From positions 1 through 36,776 of the IMG/VR virus record IMGVR_UViG_2737471842_000006: 36,776 bases of DNA. The stretch is one strand, 5' to 3'. The notes beneath the pieces are model-generated. The model was not told the origin of the DNA. It saw only the letters and a list, made by a program, of their open reading frames with translations, and did not search any database. The position numbers and the translations under genes are program-made. This document shows positions 16,768-28,019 of the stretch, in pieces (positions within the stretch are counted from its first letter, which is position 1; every line of letters begins with the position of its first letter). Source of the DNA: a virus (lineage: Duplodnaviria; Heunggongvirae; Uroviricota; Caudoviricetes).

Positions 16768-17055
16768 ATGACTGAACAAGAAATGCCGAGATACCAGTGC
16801 CACAAAAAAGTTCGCGCCCTGAAGATTGGCTCTATAGAACATAAGCCAAACCCAGATCAGTCTGGTAAGACTGGCTCTTCTAGTTATGGGGCAATTATTC
16901 ATCCGGATGATAAGAAATACGCAGCATTTGATGTTAGCGCGGAATATATCTGTAAGCACCGACCAATGTCTGGAGGCTATTACGTTGTCTATGAGGATGG
17001 ATATGAATCATATTCTCCTGCTGAGGTATTTGAGTCTGGATATTCAAAATTATAG
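16768..17055 (+). CDS. hypothetical protein, 95 aa
   Basis: ORF with GGAG RBS; no family recognised. Confidence 0.45.
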   Translation: MTEQEMPRYQCHKKVRALKIGSIEHKPNPDQSGKTGSSSYGAIIHPDDKKYAAFDVSAEYICKHRPMSGGYYVVYEDGYESYSPAEVFESGYSKL

Positions 17056-17064
17056 GAATCCTCT

Positions 17065-17244
17065 ATGACAAGCGTCGTTGATCTTGGTAAGGAGAAGAAA
17101 TTCCCAATTACTCAAGAGCTATACGAGCGGCTTGAAAGCGTCATCCATGATTACGATGGTGAAATCAGTTTATGCGAGGCGATTGGCACACTCGAATTGC
17201 TGAAGCAGTCACTGATTGAAGGCGCGAAAGAGTCCTCAGCCTGA
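17065..17244 (+). CDS. hypothetical small protein, about 59 aa
   Basis: MTSVVDLGKEKKFPITQELYERLESVIHDYDGEISLCEAIGTLELLKQSLIEGAKESSA; AGGA RBS; not in the ORF track. Confidence 0.3.
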   Translation: MTSVVDLGKEKKFPITQELYERLESVIHDYDGEISLCEAIGTLELLKQSLIEGAKESSA

Positions 17245-17267
17245 AATAACAACTAAGTGAGATGAAT

Positions 17268-17756
17268 ATGGCAGCACCAAAGGGCAACCGATTTTGGGAG
17301 GCCCGCAGTAGTCATGGGCGAAACCCTAAATTCGAATCGCCCGAGGCGCTGTGGGCTGCTTGTTGTGAATACTTCGAGTGGGTTGAAGCTAACCCGCTAT
17401 GGGAGATGAAGGCGTTCTCGTATCAGGGTGAAGTGATACAAGAGCCTATCGCCAAGATGCGAGCGATGACCATTACCGGCCTCACTCTGTTCATTGATGT
17501 GACGCTTGAAACATGGCGCACATATCGCCTGCGAGAAGATTTATCTGAAGTCGTTACGCGAGCAGAGCAGGTCATCTACGACCAGAAATTCTCTGGCGCA
17601 GCCGCTGACCTTCTCAACGCTAATATCATCGCCCGTGATTTGGGCCTCAAAGAGCAGTCGCAAATTGAAGACGTGACACCTGATAAGGGAGATCGCGATA
17701 AGCGACGCTCTCGTATCAAGGAGCTATTCAACCGTGGAACTGGACGCGATTCTTGA
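17268..17756 (+). CDS. 3: terminase small subunit (P22 gp3)
   Basis: [50 protein letters not shown]... matches remembered P22 gp3; 162 aa. Confidence 0.85.
   Translation: MAAPKGNRFWEARSSHGRNPKFESPEALWAACCEYFEWVEANPLWEMKAFSYQGEVIQEPIAKMRAMTITGLTLFIDVTLETWRTYRLREDLSEVVTRAEQVIYDQKFSGAAADLLNANIIARDLGLKEQSQIEDVTPDKGDRDKRRSRIKELFNRGTGRDS
17535..17556 (+). other. pac: pac site (headful packaging initiation) inside the small terminase gene
   Basis: GAAGATTTATCTGAAGTCGTTA matches my recollection of the 22-bp P22 pac sequence within gene 3. Confidence 0.45.
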
Positions 17757-19233
17757 TAACTTGAGCGACGAAGAGCAAATCGAATTGCTCGAGCTACTCG
17801 AAGAAGAAGAGAACTACCGGAACACACACCTGCTATATGAATTTACGCCATACAGCAAACAGCGTGAGTTCATCGACGCCGGACATGACTATCCAGAGCG
17901 ATGTTTTATGGCTGGTAACCAGCTTGGTAAGTCATTTACTGGTGCTGCTGAAGTCGCGTTTCACCTTACAGGGCGTTATCCGGGCACAAAAGGCTATCCT
18001 GCTGATGGTAAATATGGTGGGGAGTGGAAAGGTAAGCGTTTCTATGAGCCTGTTGTCTTCTGGATTGGCGGCGAGACAAACGAGACTGTAACCAAAACGA
18101 CTCAACGCATCCTGTGTGGTCGTATTGAAGAGAATGATGAGCCAGGCTACGGTTCCATACCTAAAGAAGACATCATTAGCTGGAAGAAGTCTCCTTTCTT
18201 TCCGAACCTTGTTGATCACCTTCTGGTTAAGCATCACACGGCTGATGGCGTTGAAGATGGCATTTCAATCTGCTACTTCAAACCATACTCGCAAGGCCGT
18301 GCTCGCTGGCAGGGTGACACAATCCACGGCGTGTGGTTTGACGAAGAGCCACCATACAGCATTTATGGCGAAGGTCTTACCCGTACCAACAAATACGGGC
18401 AATTCTCAATTCTGACGTTTACCCCGCTGATGGGGATGTCTGACGTTGTTACCAAGTTCCTGAAGAATCCCAGCAAGTCGCAGAAAGTGGTCAACATGAC
18501 CATCTATGACGCTGAGCACTACACCGACGAGCAGAAAGAGCAAATCATCGCATCCTATCCTGAGCATGAGAGAGAGGCGCGTGCTCGCGGTATTCCTACG
18601 ATGGGTAGCGGGCGAATCTTCCAGATACCGGAAGAGACGATTAAGTGTCAGCCGTTTGAGTGCCCTGATCACTTCTACGTAATTGGCGGGATGGATTTCG
18701 GATGGGATCACCCGCAGGCGCAGGTTCAGCTTTGGTGGGATAAGGACGCAGACACAATCTACGTTTCACGCGTGTGGAAGGCGAAAGAAAAAACAGCCGT
18801 TCAGGCATGGGGAGCTGTTAAATCATGGGCGCATAAAGTGCCAACAGCATGGCCTCATGACGGAAACCAGCATGAGAAGGGCGGCGGTGAGCAGCTCAAA
18901 GGGCAGTATGCAGATGCTGGTTTTATGATGTTGCAGGAGCATGCGACATGGCCTGATGGCGGTAATGCTGTTGAGCCTGGCATCACTGAATTGCGAGACA
19001 TGATGCTTGATGGTCGCTTCAAAGTATTCAACACCTGTGAGCCATTCTTTGAGGAGTTTCGCCTCTATCACCGTGATGAAAACGGGAAGATCGTCAAGCT
19101 TAACGATGACGTTCTCTCCGCCGTTCGCTATGCATACATGATGCGCCGCTTCGCCAAAATGATGCGCGACATCAAAAAACCAAAAGAGAAAAAGATACCA
19201 GCCCCAATCAGGCCCATCGCACGGAGAACTTAA
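17734..19233 (+). CDS. 2: terminase large subunit (P22 gp2)
   Basis: 499-aa ORF with ATPase and nuclease domains; matches remembered P22 gp2; GTG start overlapping the gp3 end. Confidence 0.9.
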   Translation: MELDAILDNLSDEEQIELLELLEEEENYRNTHLLYEFTPYSKQREFIDAGHDYPERCFMAGNQLGKSFTGAAEVAFHLTGRYPGTKGYPADGKYGGEWKGKRFYEPVVFWIGGETNETVTKTTQRILCGRIEENDEPGYGSIPKEDIISWKKSPFFPNLVDHLLVKHHTADGVEDGISICYFKPYSQGRARWQGDTIHGVWFDEEPPYSIYGEGLTRTNKYGQFSILTFTPLMGMSDVVTKFLKNPSKSQKVVNMTIYDAEHYTDEQKEQIIASYPEHEREARARGIPTMGSGRIFQIPEETIKCQPFECPDHFYVIGGMDFGWDHPQAQVQLWWDKDADTIYVSRVWKAKEKTAVQAWGAVKSWAHKVPTAWPHDGNQHEKGGGEQLKGQYADAGFMMLQEHATWPDGGNAVEPGITELRDMMLDGRFKVFNTCEPFFEEFRLYHRDENGKIVKLNDDVLSAVRYAYMMRRFAKMMRDIKKPKEKKIPAPIRPIARRT

Positions 19234-21399
19234 ATGGCCGACGAAAACAGACTCAATTCCATTCTGTGTAAGTTTGACGCAGACTGGATGGCGAGCGATG
19301 AAGCCAGAACCGAGGCGACAAATGACCTGTATTTTAGCCGAGTGTCGCAATGGGATGACTGGCTATCAAACTACACGACCCTGCAATATCGCGGACAATT
19401 CGATGTTGTTCGCCCGGTGGTCAGGAAACTGGTCGCAGAGATGCGCCGTAATCCTATCGACGTTCTCTTCCGACCCAAAGACGGCGCTAATCCTGATGCA
19501 GCCGATGTGTTGATGGGGATGTATCGTACTGATATGCGCCATAACACGGCAAAGATTGCCGTTAACGTTGGCGTTCGTGAGCAGATAGAGTCTGGCGTTG
19601 GCGCATGGCGTCTGGTCACGCAGTACGAAGACAACGACCCAACAAGCAACAATCAGGTAATCCGACGCCTTCCAATCCATGAAGCCTGCTCACACGTCAT
19701 ATGGGACGCCAATAGCAAGCAGATGGATAAGAGCGACGCTAAGCACTGCACGGTGATTAACGCCTTGTCACGCAATGGCTGGAAAGAGTTCGCAGAGGAT
19801 TACGGTATTGATCCGGACACCCTGCCATCTTTCCAGAATCCGAACGATACATGGCTGTTTCCGTGGGTATCGAATGATGTCGTCTACGTCGCTGAGTATT
19901 ACGAGGTCGAAGAGAAGAAGGAGAAAGCCTTCATCTACCGCGACCCGCTGACAGGTGAGCCGGTCAGCTATTACCAGCAGGATATCAAAGACGTCATCGA
20001 CGACCTGGCTAATCGTGGATTCATTAAGGTAGCAGAGCGTAAGGTGAAGCGTCGTCGTGTGTATAAGTCGATCATCACCTGCACGCAGATACTGAAAGAC
20101 CGCGAGAAGATAGCCGGAGAGCATATTCCAATCGTTCCAGTGTATGGCGAATGGTCATTCGCTGGTGACAAGGAGTGCTACGAAGGAGTGGTAAGGCTGA
20201 CGAAAGACGGTCAACGCCTTCGTAACATGATCATGTCGTTCAACGCCGATATTGTTGCTCGTTCACCGAAGAAGAAACCGACCTTCTTCCCTGAGCAAAT
20301 CGAAGGCTACGAATACATGTACGGTGGAAATGATGACTATCCGTACTATCTGCAGAACAAGACCGATGAAAACGGTAACGACCTTCCGATTGGTCCAATC
20401 TCCTACATGGAAAACCCTGAAGTGCCGCAAGCCAACGCTTACATGCTTGAGGCTGCCACCAACGCAGTGAAAGAGGTGGCTAGTCTTGGCGTGGATGCGC
20501 AGGCTGCAAATGGTCAGGTCGCTTTCGATACCGTCAATCAACTAAACATGCGGGCAGACCTTGAGACATACGTGTTTCAGGATAACCTGGCTACCGCAAT
20601 GCGACGTGATGGCGAGATTTATGCCTCAATGGTCAACGATATTTATGACGTACCTCGTCATGTAACGCTGACACTTGAAGATGGAAGCGAGAAAGACGTT
20701 CAACTCTACGCGCAAGTTGTAGATTACCAGTCCGGCAATGTGGTCACACTCAACGACATTCGCGGTCGCTATGAGTGCTATACAGACGTTGGACCATCCT
20801 TCCAGAGTATGAAGGAACAGAACCGCGCAGAGATTCAGGAGTTACTCACCAAGGTTCCACAAGGTACTCCAGAGTTCCAGATGCTGATGCTGCAATACTT
20901 CACGCTGCTTGATGGTAAAGGCGTCGAGATGATGCGAGAGTACGCGAACAAGCAACTGGTGATGATGGGGCTGAAGAAACCAGAAACACCTGAAGAGATG
21001 GAGATGGTACAGCAGGCTCAACAGCAGCCGCAGCAGCCATCAGCAGAGCAAATTCAGGCGCAGGGTATCCTTCTGCAAGGTCAGGCTGAATTGCTCAAGG
21101 CAGAGAACCAACAGGCGCAGATTCAGGTTGAAGCCGCCAAGGTTGAAGCCCAAAACCAACTCAACGCCGCGAAGATTGCAGAAATCTTCAACAATATGGA
21201 CCTCGACAAGCAGGCAGAACTGCGTGAGTACCTCAAGCTCGTAGGTCAATTCCAGCAACAGCGCAGCAAAGATGCTCGTGCTAACGCTGAGCTGCTTCTT
21301 AAAGATGCAGACCAGACTCATTCACAACGCATGGATTTCGCGAATCTTATGCGTCAAGTTCAAATCCCCTCCGGCGGAGTAGCCGAGACACCTCAATAA
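19234..21399 (+). CDS. 1: portal protein (P22 gp1)
   Basis: 721-aa ORF including the Gln/Ala-rich C-terminal barrel segment typical of P22 portal. Confidence 0.9.
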   Translation: MADENRLNSILCKFDADWMASDEARTEATNDLYFSRVSQWDDWLSNYTTLQYRGQFDVVRPVVRKLVAEMRRNPIDVLFRPKDGANPDAADVLMGMYRTDMRHNTAKIAVNVGVREQIESGVGAWRLVTQYEDNDPTSNNQVIRRLPIHEACSHVIWDANSKQMDKSDAKHCTVINALSRNGWKEFAEDYGIDPDTLPSFQNPNDTWLFPWVSNDVVYVAEYYEVEEKKEKAFIYRDPLTGEPVSYYQQDIKDVIDDLANRGFIKVAERKVKRRRVYKSIITCTQILKDREKIAGEHIPIVPVYGEWSFAGDKECYEGVVRLTKDGQRLRNMIMSFNADIVARSPKKKPTFFPEQIEGYEYMYGGNDDYPYYLQNKTDENGNDLPIGPISYMENPEVPQANAYMLEAATNAVKEVASLGVDAQAANGQVAFDTVNQLNMRADLETYVFQDNLATAMRRDGEIYASMVNDIYDVPRHVTLTLEDGSEKDVQLYAQVVDYQSGNVVTLNDIRGRYECYTDVGPSFQSMKEQNRAEIQELLTKVPQGTPEFQMLMLQYFTLLDGKGVEMMREYANKQLVMMGLKKPETPEEMEMVQQAQQQPQQPSAEQIQAQGILLQGQAELLKAENQQAQIQVEAAKVEAQNQLNAAKIAEIFNNMDLDKQAELREYLKLVGQFQQQRSKDARANAELLLKDADQTHSQRMDFANLMRQVQIPSGGVAETPQ

Positions 21400-21412
21400 G
21401 AGAGAGTTAATC

Positions 21413-22324
21413 ATGGACCAAACCACCGACATTCAGGCTTCTGAAGAATTAACCCTGCCCGGCAATCATGCAGCGGCATCTGCTGATGGCTTAGTTGTCG
21501 ATAATGCCAACGACAACGCAGGTCAGGAAGAAGGCTTCGAGATTGTCCTGAAAGACGATGAGAAACCAAAACAAGACCCGGCAACTAATGCTGAATTTGC
21601 CCGTCGCCGCATCGAACGCAAACGCCAGCGTGAGCTTGAGCAACAGATGGAAGCGGTTAAGCGTGGAGAGTTGCCGGAGCACCTGCGGGTGAACCCTGAG
21701 TTACCAAAACAACCAGACCCTAACGATTATCTTTCCGAAGATGCACTGGCTAAGTACGACTATGACCAGAGCCGCGCACTGGCTGCCTTCCAGCAGGCAA
21801 ACAGTGAATGGCAGATCAAGGCTATGGACGCACGAAGCCAGGCTGTCGCCGAGCAGGGTCGCAAAACTCAGGAGTTCACCCAGCAATCAGCGCAATACGT
21901 CGAGGCAGCCCGTAAGCACTACGACGCAGCGGAAAAGCTCAATATCCCTGACTATCAGGAGAAAGAGGATGCATTCATGCAACTGGTGCCGCCAGCAGTC
22001 GGTGCCGACATCATGCGCCTCTTCCCGGAGAAATCCGCTGCTCTCATGTATCACCTTGGTGCTAATCCTGAGAAAACACGCCAGTTGCTGGCGATGGACG
22101 GGCAATCCGCGCTGATTGAACTCACTCGACTGTCAGAACGTTTAACTCTCAAGCCTCGAGCCAAACCTGTTTCAGAAGCCCCGCTACCTGATGAACCCAT
22201 TCAGGGACACGCTGTTGCTGCAAATATATCTGCGATTGAAAAGCAGATGGAAGCGGCAGCAAACAAAGGGGATGTAGAGACATACCGCAAGCTCAAGGCG
22301 CAACTGAATAAAGGAATTCGATAA
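21413..22324 (+). CDS. 8: scaffolding protein (P22 gp8)
   Basis: 303-aa ORF; long stretches match remembered gp8 ([75 protein letters not shown]). Confidence 0.85.
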   Translation: MDQTTDIQASEELTLPGNHAAASADGLVVDNANDNAGQEEGFEIVLKDDEKPKQDPATNAEFARRRIERKRQRELEQQMEAVKRGELPEHLRVNPELPKQPDPNDYLSEDALAKYDYDQSRALAAFQQANSEWQIKAMDARSQAVAEQGRKTQEFTQQSAQYVEAARKHYDAAEKLNIPDYQEKEDAFMQLVPPAVGADIMRLFPEKSAALMYHLGANPEKTRQLLAMDGQSALIELTRLSERLTLKPRAKPVSEAPLPDEPIQGHAVAANISAIEKQMEAAANKGDVETYRKLKAQLNKGIR

Positions 22325-23619
22325 TGGCATTAAATGAAGGTCAACTGGTCACGTATGCTCTGGATGAAATCATCGAAACCGTCCAGAACCTGACGCCAAT
22401 GGCGTCCAAAGTGACAAAATACACCCCTCCGGCAGAATCCATGCAGCGTTCAAGCAACACCGTGTGGATGCCTGTTGAGCAGGAAGCGCCAACCCAGACT
22501 GGCTGGGATTTAACTGGCAACGCAACCGGGATTCTGGAGCTCTCCGTGAAATGCAACATGGGCGATCCGGATAACGATTTCTTCGAGCTTCGTGCAGATG
22601 ACCTGCGTGATGAGCGTTCTTACCGTCGCCGCATTCAGGCATCAGCCAAAAAACTGGCGAATAACATTGAGTCAGCGATTGCCAAACAGGCAACTGAAAT
22701 GGGCTCGCTTGTTGTTCACGATACCCGCGCAATTGGTCCATCTACTGGCCTGTCTGGCTGGGATTTTGTGTCTGATGCAGAGCGCCTGATGTTCTCCCGA
22801 GAACTCAACCGCGACATGGGAATCAGTTACTTCCTGAACCCCGACGATTACCGCAAAGCAGGCCGCAACCTGGTAGATGGTGACATCTTTGGGCGCGTTC
22901 CTGAAGAAGCGTATCGCAACGGTACTATTCAGCGTCAGATTGCTGGCTTTGATGAAATTCTTCGCTCACCGAAACTTCCGGCAGTTACCAAGTCAACCGC
23001 TACTGGTGTAACTGTGACTGGAGCGCAGAAGTTTAAGCCGCAGGCATACACCCTTGATACCGATGGTAACAAGGAGAACGTCGACAACCGTGTTGCAACG
23101 GTGACCGTATCCTCCACCACCGGGTTTAAGCGCGGAGACAAAATCAGTTTCACTGGTGTGAAATTCCTGTCTCAGATGGCGAAGAACGTGCTGACTGATG
23201 ACGCGACTTTCTCAATCACCCGTGTGATCGATGGTACTCACATCGAAATCACGCCGAAGCCTATTGCGCTGGATGACGCGTCACTGACAAAAGAAGAGAA
23301 GGCTTACGCTAACGTAAACACATCTCTTGCTGATACCACTCCGGTAAACGTTCTTAACGTGGCAACAACCACCGCTAACGTGTTTTGGGCTGATGACTCA
23401 ATCCGTCTGCTGTCTCAGCCGATCCCGGTAACCCATGAACTGTTTGCTGGTATGAAAACGTCTTCCTTCAGCATTCCTGGTATTGGTGTTAACGGCATCT
23501 TCGCAACGCAGGGCGATATCAACACTCTGTCTGGTAAGTGCCGTATTGCTGTGTGGTATTCAGCATGTGCTGTACGACCAGAGGCAATTGGTGTTGGTCT
23601 GCCTAACCAGACCGCGTGA
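22324..23619 (+). CDS. 5: major coat protein (P22 gp5 family)
   Basis: 431-aa ORF ([23 protein letters not shown]...); ATG overlaps scaffold stop. Confidence 0.9.
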   Translation: MALNEGQLVTYALDEIIETVQNLTPMASKVTKYTPPAESMQRSSNTVWMPVEQEAPTQTGWDLTGNATGILELSVKCNMGDPDNDFFELRADDLRDERSYRRRIQASAKKLANNIESAIAKQATEMGSLVVHDTRAIGPSTGLSGWDFVSDAERLMFSRELNRDMGISYFLNPDDYRKAGRNLVDGDIFGRVPEEAYRNGTIQRQIAGFDEILRSPKLPAVTKSTATGVTVTGAQKFKPQAYTLDTDGNKENVDNRVATVTVSSTTGFKRGDKISFTGVKFLSQMAKNVLTDDATFSITRVIDGTHIEITPKPIALDDASLTKEEKAYANVNTSLADTTPVNVLNVATTTANVFWADDSIRLLSQPIPVTHELFAGMKTSSFSIPGIGVNGIFATQGDINTLSGKCRIAVWYSACAVRPEAIGVGLPNQTA

Positions 23620-23625
23620 TAACCA

Positions 23626-23650
23626 GAGGGAGCTTCGGCTCCCTTTTCTA
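23626..23650 (+). terminator. rho-independent terminator immediately after the coat gene
   Basis: Stem GAGGGAGC/GCTCCCTT with loop TTCG followed by TTTCT. Confidence 0.5.
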
Positions 23651-23662
23651 TTGGAGATACCA

Positions 23663-24262
23663 ATGAGCGTAATGATTTTTCAGGCTGGCGGAGATACCAA
23701 AATATGGGGACGCAAGCTGAAAACGAAAACCGTTGATCCTGATGATGTAGCTGTGCACTTAGCAAATGGCTGGTATAAGCACCCTGACGATGTTCCTGAT
23801 GATCCTCTTGTTGGTGATCAAATTGGGAGTGTTGGCGGAGGTGAAACTTCCCCAGTTGATATGGGCGAAGTGTCCGACGGTTATCACACTTTTAACGAGC
23901 TTTACGCTCACCGAGTGCGCCTCTTCTCATCGCTGATGCATGCTTACGCTGAGCTTTCGTGGTGGTCTCGCAAACACAGTGACGGTGAAGAGTGGGATGG
24001 CTGGATCATTGCTGGTATCACCACTCCAGAAGGCGAAATCACTTATCACCTACCTGTTGAAGAAATCGAGTTCCTTCCTGAAGGTACTGAGCTTGAGTTC
24101 GGGAAAGAGTGGGATGGTCATGAAGCAAATGATGTTCTTGGACGACTCCTGAGTTTGCGTCCGGCTATTGCAGAGCCAGAGCCAGAGCCAGAAGAAAAAC
24201 AGCGTAAAAAGCCTAGTCGAAAACCTAAGGCGGCAGCAGATGAACCTGACAACGAAGGGTGA
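23663..24262 (+). CDS. hypothetical acidic protein (199 aa) between coat and gene 4; not part of the P22 gene set
   Basis: ATG 23663 after GGAGATACCA; Asp/Glu-rich body, (EP)n linker PEPEPEPEE and basic tail [11 protein letters not shown]; the ORF-track start at 23483 is an upstream extension into the coat gene. Confidence 0.55.
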   Translation: MSVMIFQAGGDTKIWGRKLKTKTVDPDDVAVHLANGWYKHPDDVPDDPLVGDQIGSVGGGETSPVDMGEVSDGYHTFNELYAHRVRLFSSLMHAYAELSWWSRKHSDGEEWDGWIIAGITTPEGEITYHLPVEEIEFLPEGTELEFGKEWDGHEANDVLGRLLSLRPAIAEPEPEPEEKQRKKPSRKPKAAADEPDNEG

Positions 24263-24740
24263 TTTAGTCCTTGCGGCATTACGTAAGCTCGGTGTTGCAT
24301 CAAATGCCACGTTAACCGATGTCGAACCGCAGTCTATGGAAGACGGCGTCAACGACCTTGAAATGATGATGGCTGAATGGCTTGGCGGTGATGTGTCACC
24401 TGGTATCAACGTTGGCTACATTTTTGCTGATGCAGATGTCGCTCCGGATCCGGGCGATGAGCACGGTTTATCAAATAACGCTATCAATGCCGTCATTTTC
24501 AACCTTGCCTGCCGCATTGCTCCAGATTATGCGCTGGAAGCGTCTGCAAAACTTATAACCACTGCCAGATACGGTAAAGAGCGACTCGTCAAACTGTCTG
24601 CAATGGATAGGGCAAAAGCCGCTAAATGTAAGTCCGGTTATCCAAACCGTATGCCTGCTGGTAGCGGTAACCAGTTGGCGAAGTGGAATGGTTGGAATTA
24701 CTTCCACCGAAAGGAATCTTGCGATAACGGGAGCGAATAA
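24240..24740 (+). CDS. 4: head-completion / tail-adaptor protein (P22 gp4)
   Basis: From [47 protein letters not shown]... matches remembered gp4; the ORF-track start at 24168 is an extension. Confidence 0.8.
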   Translation: MNLTTKGDLVLAALRKLGVASNATLTDVEPQSMEDGVNDLEMMMAEWLGGDVSPGINVGYIFADADVAPDPGDEHGLSNNAINAVIFNLACRIAPDYALEASAKLITTARYGKERLVKLSAMDRAKAAKCKSGYPNRMPAGSGNQLAKWNGWNYFHRKESCDNGSE

Positions 24741-26159
24741 ATGCCGATTCAGCAACTTCCGCTTATGAAAGGTGTCGGCAAAGACTTTCGAAACGCCGAC
24801 TATATCGACTATCTGCCAGTGAATATGCTGGCTACACCCAAAGAAATCCTGAACAGCAGCGGATATCTTCGCTCATTCCCGGGCATTGCCAAACGTTCTG
24901 ATGTGAACGGTATATCGCGCGGCGTCGAGTACAACATGGCGCAGAGTGCTGTGTATCGCGTGTGTGGTGGGAAGCTGTACAAAGGAGAAAGTGAAGTCGG
25001 TGATGTTGCCGGAAGTGGTCGAGTATCAATGGCGCATGGTCGGACATCACAGGCGGTAGGCGTTAATGGTCAACTGGTCGAGTATCGCTATGATGGCACG
25101 GTTAAAACCGTCTCAAACTGGCCTGCAGACAGTGGATTTACTCAGTATGAGTTAGGTTCAGTCCGCGACATTACACGCTTACGTGGGCGTTATGCGTGGT
25201 CAAAAGACGGCACTGATTCATGGTTTATCACTGACCTTGAAGACGAATCGCATCCTGACCGATACAGCGCACAATATCGTGCTGAGTCTCAGCCTGACGG
25301 CATCATTGGCATCGGAACATGGCGAGACTTCATCGTCTGCTTTGGTTCATCGACGATTGAATATTTCTCCCTGACTGGTGCAACCACCGTTGGTGCCGCT
25401 TTGTATGTTGCACAACCATCGCTGATGGTGCAGAAAGGTATTGCCGGAACCTATTGCAAAACGCCATTCGCTGATTCCTATGCGTTCATCAGCAATCCGG
25501 CAACAGGTGCTCCGTCTGTATACATCATCGCCTCCGGTCAGGTATCACCAATCGCCAGCGCGAGCATTGAGAAAATACTACGCTCCTACACTGCTGATGA
25601 ACTGGCTGATGGCGTGATGGAATCGTTGCGGTTTGATGCTCATGAGTTGCTGATTATTCACCTGCCGCGCCATGTTCTTGTTTACGACGCATCTTCAAGC
25701 GCCAATGGTCCGCAATGGTGTGTGTTGAAAACAGGCCTGTATGACGATGTGTACCGCGCTATCGACTTCATTTACGAAGGCAACCAAATAACGTGCGGCG
25801 ATAAGCTTGAATCGATGACAGGGAAATTGCAGTTCGATATCAGCAGCCAGTACGACAAGCAACAGGAACACCTGCTGTTTACTCCGTTGTTCAAAGCAGA
25901 TAACGCCAGAGTTTTCGACCTTGAAGTTGAGTCGTCAACTGGCGTTGCGCAGTACGCCGACCGCTTGTTCCTTTCTGCAACCACTGACGGCATCAATTAC
26001 GGGCGTGAGCAGATGATTGAGCAGAATGAACCGTTCGTTTACGACAAACGTGTTTTGTGGAAGCGAGTAGGGCGCATCAGGAAAAATGTCGGCTTCAAAT
26101 TGCGCATTATCACGAAGTCACCTGTCACTCTGTCTGGCTGCCAGATAAGGATCGAGTAA
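24741..26159 (+). CDS. 10: tail hub protein (P22 gp10)
   Basis: 472-aa ORF matching remembered gp10 over its length. Confidence 0.85.
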   Translation: MPIQQLPLMKGVGKDFRNADYIDYLPVNMLATPKEILNSSGYLRSFPGIAKRSDVNGISRGVEYNMAQSAVYRVCGGKLYKGESEVGDVAGSGRVSMAHGRTSQAVGVNGQLVEYRYDGTVKTVSNWPADSGFTQYELGSVRDITRLRGRYAWSKDGTDSWFITDLEDESHPDRYSAQYRAESQPDGIIGIGTWRDFIVCFGSSTIEYFSLTGATTVGAALYVAQPSLMVQKGIAGTYCKTPFADSYAFISNPATGAPSVYIIASGQVSPIASASIEKILRSYTADELADGVMESLRFDAHELLIIHLPRHVLVYDASSSANGPQWCVLKTGLYDDVYRAIDFIYEGNQITCGDKLESMTGKLQFDISSQYDKQQEHLLFTPLFKADNARVFDLEVESSTGVAQYADRLFLSATTDGINYGREQMIEQNEPFVYDKRVLWKRVGRIRKNVGFKLRIITKSPVTLSGCQIRIE

Positions 26160-26860
26160 TGGCTGATTCGAATCTCAATGTGCCGGTAATCATTCAGGCT
26201 ACACGGCTCGACACATCAATCCTTCCACGCAATATATTCAGCCAGTCTTACCTGCTGTATGTCATTAATCAGGGGGCTGATGTCGGCGCAATTGCCGGGA
26301 AGGCAAATCAGGCTGGTCAGGGCGCTTACGATGCTCAGGTGAAAAACGATGAACAGGATGTCGAACTGGCTGATCACGACGCAAGAATCACCGCAAACAC
26401 AAAAGCGATAAATCTCCTTGAGGTCAGGTTAACAACTGCCGAAGGGAAGATAGTCGTACTGCGTAGCGATGTTGATTACTTGCTGGATGAGGTTATCGAT
26501 ATTCAGGCGCATCTGGTCACTGTTGACCAAAGACTGGATGACGTAGAAAACGATGTCTCTGGCATTAAGAGTGATTACGTATCGAAAACCGTAACCGAAT
26601 TGCAGTCTCTTGCGTCACCGCTGGATGTAAAAACATCATATTCAGTTGATGGAATTCAGGTTGTTGGAGCAAGAAATACCGGATGGACTGCAGCCACAGG
26701 TACGCCACTTCTTGGCTCATTCAACGCTAACCAGTCATACACGGTCGGCACTACGTACACACAATCCGAAGTCGCAGCTCTCGCTACAGGTTTGCAGCAG
26801 GCGCGGCAGCGTACTCTGGCGCTTGAAACAGCACTTAGATTACATGGGCTGATTGACTGA
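26159..26860 (+). CDS. 26: tail needle protein (P22 gp26)
   Basis: [73 protein letters not shown]... with trimeric coiled-coil heptads; TAATG overlap with gp10. Confidence 0.85.
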   Translation: MADSNLNVPVIIQATRLDTSILPRNIFSQSYLLYVINQGADVGAIAGKANQAGQGAYDAQVKNDEQDVELADHDARITANTKAINLLEVRLTTAEGKIVVLRSDVDYLLDEVIDIQAHLVTVDQRLDDVENDVSGIKSDYVSKTVTELQSLASPLDVKTSYSVDGIQVVGARNTGWTAATGTPLLGSFNANQSYTVGTTYTQSEVAALATGLQQARQRTLALETALRLHGLID

Positions 26861-27315
26861 TGATTACATTCAAACCAACGCGAAACATCGACCTGATCGA
26901 AGCAGTAGGAAATCACCCTGACATCATCGCCGGGAGCAACAACGGTGATGGATACGACTACAAGCCTGAATGCCGTTACTTTGAGGTGAACGTGCACGGG
27001 CAGTTCGGCGGCATTGTTTACTATCAGGAGATTCAGCCGCTTACATTCGATTGCCACGCCATGTACCTGCCAGAGATTCGCGGATTCAGCAAGGAAATCG
27101 GGCTGGCGTTCTGGCGATACATTCTGACTAACACCACCGTTCAGTGCGTCACATCGTTCGCTGCACGCAAATTCCGCCACGGGCAGATGTACTGCGCAAT
27201 GATTGGCCTTAAGCGTGTAGGAACCATCAAGAAATACTTCAAAGGCGTGGATGACGTGACGTTTTACAGCGCCACACGCGAAGAACTAATCGACTTCCTG
27301 AATCACGGGAGATAG
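26860..27315 (+). CDS. 14: head assembly / ejection-associated protein (P22 gp14)
   Basis: 151-aa ORF in conserved position, overlapping the needle-gene stop. Confidence 0.7.
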   Translation: MITFKPTRNIDLIEAVGNHPDIIAGSNNGDGYDYKPECRYFEVNVHGQFGGIVYYQEIQPLTFDCHAMYLPEIRGFSKEIGLAFWRYILTNTTVQCVTSFAARKFRHGQMYCAMIGLKRVGTIKKYFKGVDDVTFYSATREELIDFLNHGR

Positions 27316-27317
27316 CC

Positions 27318-28010
27318 ATGTTATATGCATTTAAGCTGGGCAGAAAACTGCGCGGCGAGGAACCTTATTGCCCTGAAAAGGGTGGGAAAGGTGGCAGTTC
27401 TGATAAAAGCGCAAAGTATGCCGCAGAAGCTCAGAAGTATGCAGCAGACCTGCAAAATCAGCAGTGGCAGACGATCATGAAAAACCTTGCTCCGTTCACG
27501 CCTCTTGCGGAGCAGTATGTTAACCAGCTTCAAAACCTTTCCAGTTTAGAAGGTCAGGGGCAGGCACTTAATCAGTATTACAACTCTCAGCAGTATAAAG
27601 ACCTTGCAGGTCAGGCTCGTTACCAGAGTCTTGCTGCTGCGGAGGCGACGGGGGGACTTGGTTCGACAGCCACAAGCAATCAACTGGCTACGATCGCGCC
27701 GACTCTCGGTCAGTCTTGGTTATCAAACCAGATGAGCAATTACAACAATCTGGCAAACGTTGGGCTTGGTGCGCTGCAAGGTCAGGCAAACGCCGGGCAG
27801 ACGTACGCCAACAACATGAGCAGCATTGCACAGCAAAGCGCAGCTCTTGCCGCTGCTAATGCCAATAAACCATCAAGTCTTCAGACTGCAATTAGTGGCG
27901 GAACGTCTGGTGCGATTGCCGGTGCAGGTCTTGCCAGCCTTTTGGGAACATCAACACCTTGGGGCGCTGGCATTGGTGCTGGTATCGGATTGCTTGGCTC
28001 GTTGTTTTAA
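27318..28010 (+). CDS. 7: ejection protein gp7
   Basis: MLYAFKLGRKLRGEEPYCPEKGGKGGSSDKSAKYAAEAQKYAADLQNQ... with Gly/Ala-rich C-terminus; matches remembered P22 gp7. Confidence 0.8.
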   Translation: MLYAFKLGRKLRGEEPYCPEKGGKGGSSDKSAKYAAEAQKYAADLQNQQWQTIMKNLAPFTPLAEQYVNQLQNLSSLEGQGQALNQYYNSQQYKDLAGQARYQSLAAAEATGGLGSTATSNQLATIAPTLGQSWLSNQMSNYNNLANVGLGALQGQANAGQTYANNMSSIAQQSAALAAANANKPSSLQTAISGGTSGAIAGAGLASLLGTSTPWGAGIGAGIGLLGSLF

Positions 28011-28019
28011 GGGGTAATC

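Noticed and set aside
17837-21321. Multiple 60-120-aa ORFs antisense to or frame-shifted within the terminase, portal and scaffold genes (for example 17932..18237, 18406..18711, 18823..19350, 19366..19680, 19768..20124, 21040..21321)
   Set aside because: All lie inside long genes with strong protein-level identity to known P22 proteins; no RBS or coupling signals; typical shadow ORFs.
23483-23662. Upstream extension of the coat/gene 4 intergenic ORF into the coat gene
   Set aside because: Overlaps the 3' end of the coat gene and the terminator; the ATG at 23663 follows the terminator and has an RBS.
24050-24409. 119-aa minus-strand ORF overlapping the gene 4 start region
   Set aside because: Antisense to two supported plus-strand genes within a unidirectional late operon; no RBS.
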